A stretch of DNA of 64,000 nucleotides from Mobula hypostoma (lineage: Eukaryota). The stretch is taken from the NCBI RefSeq assembly GCF_963921235.1, contig NC_086108.1, positions 4,464,001-4,528,000 on the forward strand, given 5' to 3'. Made by a program: the position numbers and the translations under genes. Shown one piece after another: positions 15,501 to 27,905 of this stretch (positions within the stretch are counted from its first letter, which is position 1; the number at the start of each line of letters is the position of its first letter). Under the pieces are notes generated by a model. It did not search any database. It saw only the letters and a list, made by a program, of their open reading frames with translations, and was not told where the DNA came from.

Positions 15501-16940
15501 CCCTTCCCCTCCCCCCACTCACCCCAACATGAGCATTAACTCCCCCTTCCCCTCCCCCACTCACCCCAACATGAGCATCAACTCCCCCTTCCCCTCCCCC
15601 ACTCACCCCAACATGAGCATCAACTCCCCCTTCCCCTCCCCCCACTCACCCCAACATGAGAATCAACTCCCCCTTCCCCTCCCCCACTCACCCCAACATG
15701 AGCATCAACTCCCCCTTCCCCTCCCCCACTCACCCCAACATGAGCATTAACTCCCCCTTCCCCTCCCCCCACTCACCCCAACATGAGCAACTCCCCCTTC
15801 CCCTCCCCCACTCACCCCAACATGAGCATCAACTCCCCCTTCCCCTCCCCCACTCACCCCAACATGAGCATCAACTCCCCCTTCCCCTCCCCCACTCACC
15901 CCAACATGAGCATCAACTCCCCCTTCCCCTCCCCCCACTCACCCCAACATGAGCATCAACTCCCCCTTCCCCTCCCCCCACTCACCCCAACATGAGCATC
16001 AACTCCCCCCTTCCCCTCCCCCACTCACCCCAACATGAGCATCAACTCCCCCTTCCCCTCCCCCCACTCACCCCAACATGAGCATCAACTCCCCCTTCCC
16101 CTCCCCCACTCACCCCAACATGAGCATCAACTCCCCCTTCCCCTCCCCCACTCACCCCAACATGAGCATCAACTCCCCCTTCCCCTCCCCCACTCACCCC
16201 AACATGAGCATCAACTCCCCCTTCCCCTCCCCCACTCACCCCAACATGAGCATCAACTCCCCCTTCCCCTCCCCCACTCACCCCAACATGAGCATCAACT
16301 CCCCCTTCCCCTCCCCCCACTCACCCCAACATGAGCATCAACTCCCCTTTCCCCTCCCCCACTCACCCCAACATGAGCATCAACTCCCCCTTCCCCTCCC
16401 CCACTCACCCCAACATGAACATTAACTCCCCCTTCCCCTCCCCCACTCACCCCAACATGAGCATCAACTCCCCCTTCCCCTCCCCCACTCACCCCAACAT
16501 GAGCATCAACTCCCCTTCCCCTCCCCCACTCACCCCAACATGAGCATCAACTCCCCCTTCCCCTCCCCCACTCACCCCAACATGAACATCTACACCCCCT
16601 TCCCCTCCCCCACTCACCCCAACATGAGCATCAACTCCCCCTTCCCCTCCCCCACTCACCCCAACATGAGCATCAACTCCCCCTTCCCCTCCCCCACTCA
16701 CCCCAACATGAGCATCAACTCCCCCTTCCCCTCCCCCACTCACCCCAACATGAACATCAACTCCCCCTTCCCCTCCCCCACTCACCCCAACATGAGCATT
16801 AACTCCGCCTTCTCCTCCCCCCACTCGCCCCAACGTGAGCATTAACCCCCTTCCTCTCCCCCCACTTGTGCCAGCAGAGGCACAGATCTGCCCCCCAAAC
16901 AACATGCAAGCAATAGAAATGCTGCCAAAGAGCCCTGCTG
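553..16940. mobile_element. Dispersed repeat hosting the 42-bp satellite (left part 553-712, right part 16861-16940)
   Basis: Both flanks align by eye to one contiguous copy at 57557-57880. Confidence 0.75.
712..16865. repeat. 42-bp C-rich tandem satellite, ~16.1 kb, roughly 385 units
   Basis: Consensus CCCCAACATGAGCATCAACTCCCCCTTCCCCTCCCCCACTCA. Variants include ATTAAC, AACATCTACAC, AGAATC and C-run length changes. Unit count is length/42. Confidence 0.98.
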
Positions 16941-16964
16941 CCCAGCAATCCCCCGATTTCATCC

Positions 16965-17120
16965 TTGCCTAATCACGGGACAATTGACAATGACCAATTA
17001 AACCACCAACTGGTACGTCTTTGGACTGTGGGAGGAAACCGGAGCATCCGGGGGAAAACGCACACATTCCACAGCGAGGAAGTACAGACTCCTTACAGAG
17101 GGCAGCAGAATTGAACTGTG
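16965..17120 (-). mobile_element. V-domain tRNA-SINE (HE1-like) fragment
   Basis: Minus strand has the V-domain-like TTTCCCCCGGATGCTCCGGTTTCCTCCCACAGTCCAAAGACGTAC. Confidence 0.75.
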
Positions 17121-17725
17121 AACTTTGACAAACTTGGATAAATGTGTAGTGCAGAGTGTATTGACTGGCTGTATCACAGCCTGGTATGGAAACACCAACA
17201 CTTTTGAACAGAAAATTCCACATGGTGGATTCAGCCCAGCACATCACGGGTAAAGCCCTCCCGACCATGAAGAACATCTACATGAAATGCTGCAGCAGGA
17301 AAGCAGGAAAGGGTCATCAAAGCTTCTCACCACCCAGGCCTTGCTTTCCTCTCACTGCTGCCATCAGGTAGAAGGTACAAGAGCCTTAGGACTCACACCA
17401 GTTACTGTACTACCCCTCAACCAACAGGCTCTTGTGGGGATAAGGGGATAACTGCACTCACTTGCCTCATCCATTGAAATGTTCCAACAACCGATGATCT
17501 CACTTTCAGGACTCTCTTTATCTCAAGTTCTTGTTATTTATTGCTATTTATTTATATTTGCATTTGCACAGTTTGTTGTCTTCTGCACTCTGGTTGATCT
17601 TTCATTGATCCTGTTTTAGTTTCTACTCTATAGAATCACTGAGTATGCCCACAGGAAAATGAATCTGAGGGTTTTTTGTGGTGACATTTACGTACTCTGA
17701 TAATAGAATTTACTTTGAACTTTGT
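17120..17725 (+). mobile_element. Degenerate DUF1891-type LINE (Rex/Babar-like) 3' end
   Basis: Encodes SVLTGCITAWYGN and AQHITGKALPT fragments; 3' UTR ends TTTACTTTGAACTTTG. Confidence 0.75.
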
Positions 17726-17954
17726 AATAACTGCACCAGGCTACCTTGAGACCTATATATTATATAATATTGCCACAAATAAATTGGCTGCTGAATGAGT
17801 AACTTAACTCCACTCCCTATTCCCTGAGTATTTACTCCCCCCCCGACATTCTATCCTCATTTCCGTATTTACAGCAGTTCACCAAGTGTCTCTACGTGGA
17901 ATCTACAACTTGGAATCGGCTCTTCGAGCCACACCAGTCAGTCCTCCCCCAATT

Positions 17955-18165
17955 TAACCCGAGCCTAATCACGAGACAATTTATAATGACCAATTAACCT
18001 CCCAACCGGGCCGTCTTTGGACTCTGGGAGGAAACCGGAGCACCCGGAGGAAACCCACACGGTCACGGGGAGAACGTACAAACTCCTTACAGGCAGTGAC
18101 GGGAATTGAACCCGGGTTGCCTGTACTGTAAAGCGTTGTGCCAACTACTACACTACCGTGCCGCA
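17955..18165 (-). mobile_element. V-domain tRNA-SINE (HE1-like)
   Basis: Head GCGGCACGGTAGTGTAGTAG (A-box-like), B box GGTTCAATTCCC, then V-domain GGGTTTCCTCCGGGTGCTCCGGTTTCCTCCCA. Confidence 0.85.
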
Positions 18166-18382
18166 CTAAAGTTTGTAACTGTGCCCACCTTTTCCAATTT
18201 CACTGGCAGCTCATACAACACATCCATCATGCTCTGTGTGAAAGATCTGCCCCTTAGGGCCCCTATAAATCCCTTCCATCTCACCTTAAACCCCTGTCCT
18301 CCAGTGTCACACCCCCATCCCACCCTCGGTGACAGACCATGATCCTTACCTATGTCCCAAATGATTTTATAAACCTCCAAGT

Positions 18383-18462
18383 CAGGAGTTCCCAACCTTC
18401 CTTATGCCATGGACCAATACCATGAAGCAGAGGTTCCTTGGAATCCAGGTTGGGAGCTCCTG
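18383..18462. mobile_element. ~80-bp hAT (Charlie-like) MITE
   Basis: TIRs CAGGAGTTCCCAACCT ... AGGTTGGGAGCTCCTG. Related copies near 35685-35757, 57452-57539 and 62125-62177. Confidence 0.7.
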
Positions 18463-18609
18463 CTCTATATGGTTAGCCAGGGAGTGAAACCTATGCAGAC
18501 TCTATTTCAATGTACATGCGATTCATATATAAAACTGAACTCACTGCACAGTGCACCGAGTGCAACAAGGTAAAAATATATCACAGTATGAAGTGTAACA
18601 GCTCCAGAG

Positions 18610-19450
18610 AATTAGAATCAGGTTTGATATCACCAGCATATGTTGTAAATAATAGAGAAAAACATGAATTAAAGTAAATATATATACTAAATAGTTAAAT
18701 TAGTTAAAAGCAGAAATAAAAAAAAGTAGTGAGGTAGTGTTCGTGGGTTCAATGTCCATTGCAAAATCGGATGGCAGAGGGGAAGAAGCTGTTCCTGAAT
18801 CATTGAGTGGGTGTTTTCAAGTTCCTGTATCTCCTTTCGGATGGTAGCAATGAGAACAAGGTATGACCTGGGTGATGGGGGGGGGGGGTCCTTAATGATG
18901 GATGTTGCCTTTTTGAGGCGTCGCTCCTTGAAGATGTCCTGGACACTATGGAAGCTAGTGCCCATGATGGAGCTGACTGAGTTTACAACTCTCTGCAGCT
19001 TATTCCAGTTCTGTGTGGTTGCCTTCCCCATCATATCAGACAGTTATGCAGCCGGCTGGAATACTCTTCATGGTACATCCAAAGAAATTTCTGAATGCTT
19101 TTGGTGACAAACCAAATCTCCTCATACTTCTAAAGAAATATAGCCACCGTCTCGCCTTCTTTGTAGCCGCATCAATATGTTGGGTCCAAGATAGATCCTT
19201 AGAGATATTAACAACCAGGGACTTGAAATTGCTGGCTCTCTCCACTTCTGAACCCTCTATGAGGATTGGTTCGTGTTCCTTCATCTTACCCTGCCTGCAG
19301 TCCGCCATCAGTTCTTTGGTCTTACTGACATTGAGTGCCGGGTTGTTGCTGCAACGCCACTCAACTAGCTGATCTATCTCACTCCTCAATGCCCTCTTGT
19401 GCCATCCGAGACTCTGCCAATAAGTAGCTGTATTGTTAGCAAGTTTGTAA
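18610..19450 (-). mobile_element. DUF1891-type LINE (Rex/Babar-like) 3' fragment
   Basis: ORFs 19036-19389 and 18687-19034: WRCSNNPALNVSKTKEL...KKARRWLYFFRSMRRFG...IKDP. Confidence 0.85.
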
Positions 19451-19649
19451 ACTGTAGAGTGCGAGGTAGGTTACAAGATCCGGAGTTCATCTGGATCTTT
19501 CATTGTGTGCCATAGGCAGTCATGGTCTTGACCATGATTGTTATTGGCAAATGTATTCTACAGAAGTGGTTTGCCATTGTCATCTTCTGGGCAGTGTCTT
19601 TACAAGATGAGTGGCTCCTGCCTACCTACTGCCTGATGCGCAACTGACA

Positions 19650-20000
19650 TGTAGAGACGATTAGGTCCTCCATCTCTGGTAGTGTTCAAGGCTTCCTTCA
19701 TCATGTCAGTAGCTCCCTCTTGTTTTCACTACTGTCAGTCACACAACTTCCGGGTAGAGACTCAGGAATACCGTCACACTCAGATGTAGGAGGGTTCCTA
19801 CAATTTTGTTTGACCAGTCAGGGTTGTTGGCCCTGAGCTTAACCCCTGACCCTGGAGGACAGGTGGACCATTCTTAGTCTGGCCTCTAACCTTTGACCTG
19901 TTTGGCATGGTGACCCGACCAAGGGCCAAGATAGTTCTCTGGGTCATTGAGGCATGCAAGCCTTCAAACCAAGACAAGGTTGTGGTCCTCTTGGAGGGAT
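19650..20000 (-). mobile_element. Bipartite RTE-derived short retroposon
   Basis: Colinear by eye with the 28170-28577 copy. Confidence 0.7.
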
Positions 20001-20570
20001 GACCCCATCCCTGATCTTCAGAGACTGTCTGCCTGGCGTCGGTGGTCGCATACCCAGGACTTGTGATTTGCACCAGCTGCTCATACGACCATCCACCACC
20101 TGCTTCCGTGGCTTCACATGAACCATGGGGAGGTGCTGTACCCTGCCAAGGGGAGCCTGCAGCCTAGTGGAGGGAAGGCACGCCTTGCATCTCCTTAGGA
20201 GGTAGAGGCATATCTCCACCCCACCACGGGAATCATGTACTAGTCTTGTGACAGTGAGGTAAGAGCTGTCCTTGAGCCTGGCGGTATCTGCTTAAGGTCC
20301 TTGAGTACAAAGTTTAAAGATCTTAAAGATAAAATTATTTGTCACATGTACATCAAAACATACAGTGAAATGTGTAGATTGTGTTGAGGATGTGTCGGGG
20401 GCAACTCTCAAGTTAATAAACCTAACTCTTACGTCTTTGACTGAGAAAACCCACGCGGTCCACTCTGCTGCTGTACAAGTGTTGGTACGTCGTGTTGCAC
20501 CATTGGGTAGACCTCACTTGGAGTACTGTGTACAGTACTGTGCAGAAATCCTAGACACTTATATGTATGT

Positions 20571-20884
20571 GTATAGGCAACCGTTAGTCTCGTGAGACCT
20601 TGGTTTTGCACCTTGGAAGGTTTCCAGGGCACAAGCGCCTGGGCAAGGTTGTATGGAAGACCAGCAGTTGCCCATGCTGCAAATCTCCCCAGTCCACGCC
20701 ACCAATGTTGTCCAAGGGAATGGCATTAGGACCCATACAGCTTGGCACTGGTGTCATCGCAGAGCAATGTGTGGTTAAGTGCCTTGCTCAGGACACAACA
20801 TGCTGCCTCAGCCAAGGCTCGAACTAGCGACCTTCAGATCACTAGACGAATGCCTTAACCACTTGGCCACACACCAACACAGCA
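20571..20884 (-). mobile_element. tRNA-derived SINE inserted in a Tc1-like MITE
   Basis: A box TGGCCAAGTGG, B box GTTCGAGCC. 11-bp TSD TATATGTATGT at 20560-20570 and 20885-20895. Host has inverted ends TACAGTACTGTG (20531) and CACAGTACTGTA (~20932-20943). Confidence 0.85.
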
Positions 20885-21504
20885 TATATGTATGTCTGTG
20901 TGTATATATCTACAGAGCCTAAAGACTTTTACACAGTACTGTAGTAATTGTGTGTATTGCACTGTACTGCTTGTGGAAAAAAAAAATACAAGATTCATGA
21001 TGTGTGAGTGATGATAAACCTGATTCTGATATGAGTCTCTATTGTGGACTGAGAGTGGGAAAGGGGACAGGGAGAGGGGAATCATGGTTGGGAAAAGGGG
21101 AAGGGAGAGGGGAGGGAGCGGGGAGCACCAGAGAGACATTCTGTAATGACCAATTAACCAATTGTTTGGAATCAAATGACCTTGACCGGTGTTTCAGGGC
21201 TGGGGTTGGCAGTGGTTCAGACACACCCCTACCCCCCCACCACCCCTGGTGCTCCTCTGTCACCTGTCTCCCACCCTTCCCGCTGCGCTCCTTCCTCGCC
21301 ATTCCCAACATTCTTTGCTCCTGCCAGATTTACAAACTGGCCTTCGCTCCACGTTGACCAATGCAGTTCTGTGTAAAAGTTTTAGGCACCCCAGCTATGT
21401 ATGACTTTTGCACAGGACTGTGCTTCATATTTCTACCCTGGGAGATGATCTACCCTATCTCTGGATGTAAGAAATAGGGCTAACCCCTACTGAAATCGAT
21501 GGAT

Positions 21505-22135
21505 CTGGGCTTGAGAGGGTAAACAGCTTTAAATTCCTCGGCATCCTCATCACTGAGGACCTCATGTGGTCTGTACAGACCAGCTGTGTGGTGAAAAGAA
21601 CAACAGCGCCTCTTTCAGCTCAGATGGTTGAAAAAGTTTGGTATGGGCCCCCAAGTCCTAAGAACTTTCTATAGGGACACAATTGAGAGCATCCTGACTG
21701 GCTGCATCATTGCCTGGTATGGGAACTGTACCTCCCTCAATCGCAGGACTCTACAGAGAGTGGTGCGGACAGCCCAGCACATCTGTAGTTGTGAACTTCC
21801 CATCATTTAGGACATTTACAAGGACAGGTGTGAAAAAGGGCCCGTAGGATCATTGGGATCCGAGTCACCCCAACCACAAACTGTTCCAGCTGCTACCATC
21901 TGGGAAACGGTACCGCAGCATAAAAGCCAGGGCCAACAGGCTCCGGGACAGCTTCTTCCACCAGGCCGTCAGACTGATGAACTCACGCTGATATGAGTGT
22001 ACTCTATATTACATTGACCAATTCTTATAAATTACTATGATTGCACATTGCACATTTAGACAGAGACGTAACATAAAGGTTTTTACTCCTCGTGTATGTG
22101 AAGTATGTAAGAAATAAAGTCAATTCAGTTCATTT
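21505..22135 (+). mobile_element. DUF1891-type LINE 3' fragment
   Basis: ORF 21628-21810 KKFGMGPQVLRTFYRDTIESILTGCIIAWYG, then RLRDSFFHQAVRLMN. Confidence 0.85.
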
Positions 22136-22707
22136 CACTGCCTCTCATAAATATACTGTTCTCAGTCATGGTGGTGACACAGTATCATAGCGGCTAGTAC
22201 AATCGCTTTACAGCACCAGTGATCACCAGTTGCTCCGTTCCATTCCTACCGGTGCCTGTCAGGGGTCTGTACATTCTCTGTGGGTTTCCTCCTGGTGCCC
22301 TGGTTTCCTCCCACATTCCGAAGGCTTATGGGTTAGTGTTAATGAGTTGTGAGATGCTGAACTGGTGTTGGAAGTATGGCAGGCTGCCCTCAACACATCC
22401 TCACCGGTTTGATTTGACACCATTACTGCATTTCACTTTAACTTTTGACGTACATCTGACAATTAAACCCAATTTTTATCTTTAAACAGGCATCATAGGT
22501 GTAGCTGTACATTGCAATGTCAATGGAACTGACGTTTAGATTGGGGGGGGAGCTGGGTTGTGGCCTGTATCAAGGACAAGTTCCTCCTCTTCTCTGCGCC
22601 CTTTGCTATGGTAACGCCCAAAGAGTAGTGGGTGTTGAAAATGCAATGCTGGGTTGAAGATGTCGGCAAGGTGTCCAATGCCTTTGCTTCTCACTGTCAT
22701 TGCTCAG

Positions 22708-22835
22708 ATACGGAGGTGACCCTGAAGAAAGAGGGATTACTCCCGGAGGGACCTGCCCTGGAGGCTCTCCTCTGCGGGGAGACAGTGGAGAAAAAGGCAG
22801 AGGCCAAGGACGAGGAGAGCATCAGTGAATGCCAG
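22708..22835 (+). CDS. DPF1: DPF1 internal coding exon (linker), 128 bp, phase 1 to 0
   Basis: Acceptor tgctcag|AT, donor CAG|gtgggt. Translates (D)[42 protein letters not shown], matching vertebrate DPF1 as recalled ([25 protein letters not shown]). Confidence 0.93.
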
Positions 22836-23816
22836 GTGGGTCATGCGGAGTTATTGGGCTGTGCGAGACGGGCATTTGCCGTGGCGATCCTGGAGTCAGT
22901 GGGGACCTTCGACTGACCAGTCGCAAAATGGAGCTTCCAAACTGTTTGAAGAGAAGGGAGCTCTTTGTGAGTGACAGAACAAACAAGCCAGGCAGCGTCC
23001 ACGGAGGGGAATAAGTGGTTGATGTTTCAGGCCAAGACTGGATGATGTGATGGAAAATCTGAAATAAAAATAGAAAATACTTAGCGGGTCAGGCAGCATC
23101 TGTGGGAAGAAAAGGAGTTGGTGTCCCATGAAGGTTTTCGACTCAAAACATTGCATCTGCTGCCCTATGAGGTTAGCTGGCCAGACAATCAATGGAATGA
23201 GTTTGGATGTGTAGCCCATGAGGATTGACTACATTTGGTAACCAATGGAGGGAGGGGATTTTCCCCCCCCAAGGCAAATTTCAGCTCAAGTTGAGGCCTT
23301 GTGATGATTGACGTAACTGTCAACCAATGGCAGTATACAGAAGGCTTGTAGACTGGAAGTGCTGGAGTACCTCAGCAGGTCAGGCAACATCAATGGAGGG
23401 AAATTGACAGTCGATGTTTTATGCTGAGGCTGGAGTAGAAAGAAAATGGGGAAAAAGCCATTATAAAAAGATAGGGAGACGCAGTGGAGAAGAACTGGCA
23501 GGTAATAGGTGGATCCAGTTGAGGGGGGTGATAGGCAGGTGATGAGTACGTGAATAATATCAGAAACTGGGAGGACTTTGTGAGGATTGACAAACCAGCT
23601 GACCAATGGCAAGAGGTGGAAGGGAGGGCAAATGGTCTTATGAAGATTGACATGTCTAGTGACCAATGGTAGTGATGCAGTGGGGGGGGGAAATGCTTGT
23701 CATGATTGACATGTTGCACTGCCAATGACTGAATGGCAGTGGGAGGTCATGTGATGAGACCTCCAGCCATAAGTGGAGCCTGACGTTGTTTTCCAATTTC
23801 AATTGTTCTCCCGCAG

Positions 23817-23906
23817 AGAATCTTGGCGAGTGACTTCCCTCATGAGATCGAGGTGGATGATCTGGAGGAGGACGCGCCGAAGAGGAAAAGTAAAACCAAA
23901 GGGCGA
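23817..23906 (+). CDS. DPF1: DPF1 internal coding exon, 90 bp, phase 0 to 0
   Basis: Acceptor ttctcccgcag|AGA, donor CGA|gtgagt. Translates RILASDFPHEIEVDDLEEDAPKRKSKTKGR (acidic patch plus basic NLS-like run), cf. DPF1 [24 protein letters not shown]. In frame with the flanking exons. Confidence 0.93.
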
Positions 23907-24685
23907 GTGAGTGTTTTCCATTGATCTGTAGTTCACCATAGGCCTGCCTGATAACCAGTGTTGGGTGAAGGTGAAAGGGCTGGGGACTCACCCTCTCCCT
24001 CCTGTCACAAGGCCCATGCTGGGAACGGGGTCTGAAGGGGCCGAGTTGGGAAGCCTTGCAGTACTGTGTGCAAGGTTCAATGTCCAAGGTACATCTCTTT
24101 TCAAAGTACGTGTGCAGTATACAACCCTGAGATTTGTCTTCTCCATCCAGTCACGAAACAAAGAAAAAACATGAAACCTGTTCATAGAAAAACATCAGAC
24201 ACTCCATCACTCAAAAATCTAACAAGTCGTGCAAACAGCAAAAAAAAATAACCCTCCCATGCATCAAACCCCTCCCATTCAAAAAAGAAATTGTGCAAGC
24301 GGCAACAAGAACATCAAACCCCGCCCCCATGCGAGAAAAACTAACATATTGCACAAATGGAAACCAGAAAGAATGGGCGAAAGCATAGAATAAAAACATA
24401 ATACTGAAAGAGTCCAATTTGAACTGCAGCCCAATCCATAAATCGTAGATACAGACCTTTGGTAACATCCTCCAGAAACATCGTGGGAGGGAGAAACCAT
24501 CTCGAGGCAGAGGTCTTTCCTTGGGAGCAGCGGGTGAGAGATCCGTCACAGACAGACACCTTCTGTGGCAGCAGCAAGCGAGATACAGAAAGGCAGCATT
24601 GACAGTGTGGGCCAAATGGCCCTTTTTGCAGTCACGGAGTTACGCAGTACAGACACATGCCTTTCAGTCCATTGAATCTGGATGA

Positions 24686-25605
24686 CAATGTGGTTAACTG
24701 GATCAGCAAATTTGTGGATTACACTAAGATTGGCGGTGTAGTGGACAGCGAGGAAGGCTATCATGGCTTGCGGCCGATACTGGACCAGCAGGAGAAATGG
24801 CGGGTGGAATTTAATGCAGACAAGTGTGAGGTGTTAACACTTAGGTAGGAACAGGCAGGGTAGGTCTCACACAGTGAGTGGTAGGGCACTGAGGAGTGAG
24901 GTAGAACAGAGGGATCAGAGAATATAGGTCCCTAATTCATTGAAAGTAGCGTCGCAGTTTGTCAGGGTTGTAAATAAAGCTTTTGGCACATTGACTTTCA
25001 TAGATTGAAGTATTGAGTACAGGAGATGGGATGTTATGTTGAAGTTGTATAAGACGTTGGTGAGGCCTAATTTGGAGTATCGTGTGCAGTTTTGGTCCCT
25101 ACAGGAAAGGTGTAAAGAAGGTTGAAAGAGTCCAGAGAAAACTTACAAGGATGTTGCCGGGTCTGGAGGACCTGAGTTATTAGGAAAGCTTGAATAGGGT
25201 TGGACTGTATTCCTTAGAACGTAGAAGATTGAGAGAAGCTTTGATAGAGGTTTACAAAATTATGAGGGGTATAGATAAGGTCAATGAAAGTGGGCTTTTT
25301 CCACTGAGTTTGGATGGAGCTACAATTGGAGGTCATGGGTTAAGGATAAAAGGTGAAAATTTTAAGGGGAACGTGAGGGGAAATTTCTTCACTCAAAGGG
25401 CGGTGAGAGTGTGGAACAAACTGCCAGCGGACGTATTTCAACATTGAAGAGAAGTTTGGATAGGTACATGGATGGTAGGGGTATGGAGGGCTATGGTCCT
25501 GATGCAAGTCAAAAGGAGTGGGCGGTTTAAATGGTTCAGCACAGATTAGATGGGCCAAAGGGCTTGTTTCTGAGCTGTATTTTTCTATGATTCTATGACT
25601 CTACT
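24686..25605 (+). mobile_element. 5'-truncated degenerate CR1 LINE
   Basis: NWISKFVDYTKIGG...GLYSLERRRLR...FFTQRAVRVWNKLP; ends in a (TTCTATGA)n-like tail. Confidence 0.92.
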
Positions 25606-25864
25606 GGCCTGTGTTTGGCCTGTATCCTTCTGCACCTTTCCTATTTATGTGTCTCTCAAGTATCTTTGAAATGTAATTTTACCCATCTCTATCACCTCCT
25701 CTGGCAGCTCATTCCAGGGACACACCACCCTCTGTGTGAAGAAATTACCCCTCAGGGTCCTATAAAATACTTAGCCCTCACACCTTCAACTCAGTTACAA
25801 CAAGAGTCACCTGAAGGGAACATGTTTGTGAAGCTCTGAAAGAACTTGGGACATGGGGGTGCCT

Positions 25865-26095
25865 AGTGGCCACTTTATTAGATACATTTCTTACACTTGA
25901 TCATTGATGCAAATATCTAGTCAGCCAATCATGTGGCAGTAGCTCACTGCATAAAAGCAAGCAGACACGGTCAAAAGGTTCAGCTGTTGTTCAGACCAAA
26001 CATCAGAATGGGGAGAAATGTGATCCAAGTGACTTTGACCGTGAAATGATTGTTGATGCCAGACGGGATGGTTTGAGTATTTCAGAAACAGCTGT
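25865..26095 (+). mobile_element. Tc1-like transposon 5' fragment
   Basis: TIR-like AGTGGCCACTTTATTAG and a degenerate transposase N-terminus MG..CDPSDFDREMIVDARRDGLSISETA. Confidence 0.75.
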
Positions 26096-26099
26096 TAAA

Positions 26100-26144
26100 T
26101 GGCAGCAGTACATTCCAATACATAGTAAAATACAGTAAGTATAT

Positions 26145-26183
<39 letters not shown>

Positions 26184-26945
26184 ATTTAAAATGTTAAATA
26201 GTGCAAAAAGAGAAAAGAGATAGTGAAGTAGTCTTCATGGGTTCAATGTCCATTCAGAAATTGGATGGCAGAGGGGAAGAAGTTGTTCCTGAATCATTGA
26301 GTGTGTGTCTTCAGGCTTCTGTACCTCCTCCCTGATGGCAGCAATGAGAAGGGAGCATGTCCTGAGTGATGGGGGACCTTTGTGATGGATACCGCCTATT
26401 TGAGGCGTCGTTCCTTGAAGATGTCCTGGATACTATGGAGGCTAGTTCCCCTGCTGGAGCTGTCTGAGTTCACCATTTTCCGTAGCTTATCTCGATCCTG
26501 TGCAGTAGCTGTCTGCCCCCGCCATACCAGATGGTGATACAGCCAGTCGGAATGCTCTCCATGATACACCTGCAGAAATTTGTATTTGGCTTTGGTGTTA
26601 TACCAAATTTCCTCAAACTCCTAATGAAATATAGCCGCTGTCATACCACCTTTGTACCTTCACCGATATGTTGGGTCTGGGTTAGATCCTCAGAGATATT
26701 GACACCCCAGAATTTGAAGTTGCTCGCTCTCCCCACTTCTGATCCCTCGTTGAGGACTGGTGTGTGTTTCCTTGACCTACCCTTTCTGAAGTCCACAATC
26801 AGTTCTTTGGTCTTACTGACATTGAGGGCAAGGCTGTTGCTGCGACACCTCTCAACCAGCTGATCTGTCTTGCTCCTGTACGCCCTTTCGTCACCATCTG
26901 AAATTGTGCCAACGATAGCTGTCTCATCAGCAAATTTATAGAGGG
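26100..26945 (-). mobile_element. DUF1891-type LINE 3' fragment with internal (TG)n
   Basis: Same family as 18610-19450. Minus strand begins YKFADETAIVGTI. (TG)n at 26148-26180. Confidence 0.85.
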
Positions 26946-27189
26946 TGAAGTCCCTTCAGGGACCCAAAATATTAACTGTTCATTTCCCTCCACAGATGCT
27001 ACCTGACCTGCTGAGACCTCCAGTAGTCTGTGTGTGTCTTCAGCATCTGCAGTCTCTTGTGTACTGATGAAGGTGGGGTGGGGCGAATGTGTTACAGAGT
27101 AACTGCGCCCAATGCACACAGAGTCCATCTGTTCTCCCTGTGTTAAATGCCCTGACAATTTCCCAAATCCCTGCAAATCTCTAGCTATA

Positions 27190-27905
27190 CACACAAAATG
27201 CTGGAGGAACTCAGCAGGTCGGACAGCATGTGTGAAAATTTCGTGTTGACATTTCAGACTGAGACGTTTCTTTAGGACTGGAGAGGAAGGGGGAAGATGC
27301 CAGAATAAAAAAGGTGGGGGGAGGGGAAGGAGGCTAGCTGGAAGGTGATGGGTGAAGCCAGGTGGGTGGGAAAGGTAAAGGGCTGGAGAGGATAGGAGAG
27401 GAGAGTGGACCAGAAGAGAAAGGGAAGGAGGAGGGGACTTAGGGAGGTGATAGGCAGGTGAAGAGGTAAGAGGCCAGAGTGGGGAATAGAAGGAGAGGGG
27501 AGAGAGGAGGAATTTATTTTAACTGGAAGGAGAAATAGATATCCATGCCATCAGGTCAGATGCTGCCCAGACAGGATGTATGATGTTGCTCCTCCACCCC
27601 GAGGGTGGCTACTTCTTGGCACAAGAGGAGGCCGTAGACCAATTTGTCAGAATGGGAATTGGAATTAAAGTGTTTGACCACTGGGAGGTTCCATTTTTGG
27701 TGGGTGGAGCGGAGGTGCTCAAGAGAGCAGTCCCCGATTTCCAGTGGGTCTCACCAACGTTGAGGAAGCTTCATCGGGAGCACTGGACCCCAGTAGGTTC
27801 GCAGGTGAAGTGTTGCCTCACCTGGAAGGACTGTTGGGGGCCCTGAACAGAGGTGAGGGAGGAGGTAAATGGGCAAGTGTGGCACTTAAGCCTCTTGCAG
27901 GAAAA
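27190..27905 (-). mobile_element. Penelope-like element 3' fragment (GIY-YIG region plus terminal repeat)
   Basis: Minus strand has degenerate RQHFTCE...CSR..LNVGET and EEQH...LGSI*PDGMDIYFS, then a pyrimidine-rich UTR and a degenerate hammerhead-bearing terminus. Confidence 0.75.

Noticed and set aside
1001..16962. Dozens of ORFs (MSINSPFPSPTHPN)n and (GVSGGGEGGVDAHV)n resembling extensin- or glycine-rich proteins
   Set aside because: Artefact of a 42-bp (3x14) satellite; frequent C-run frameshifts show no frame constraint.
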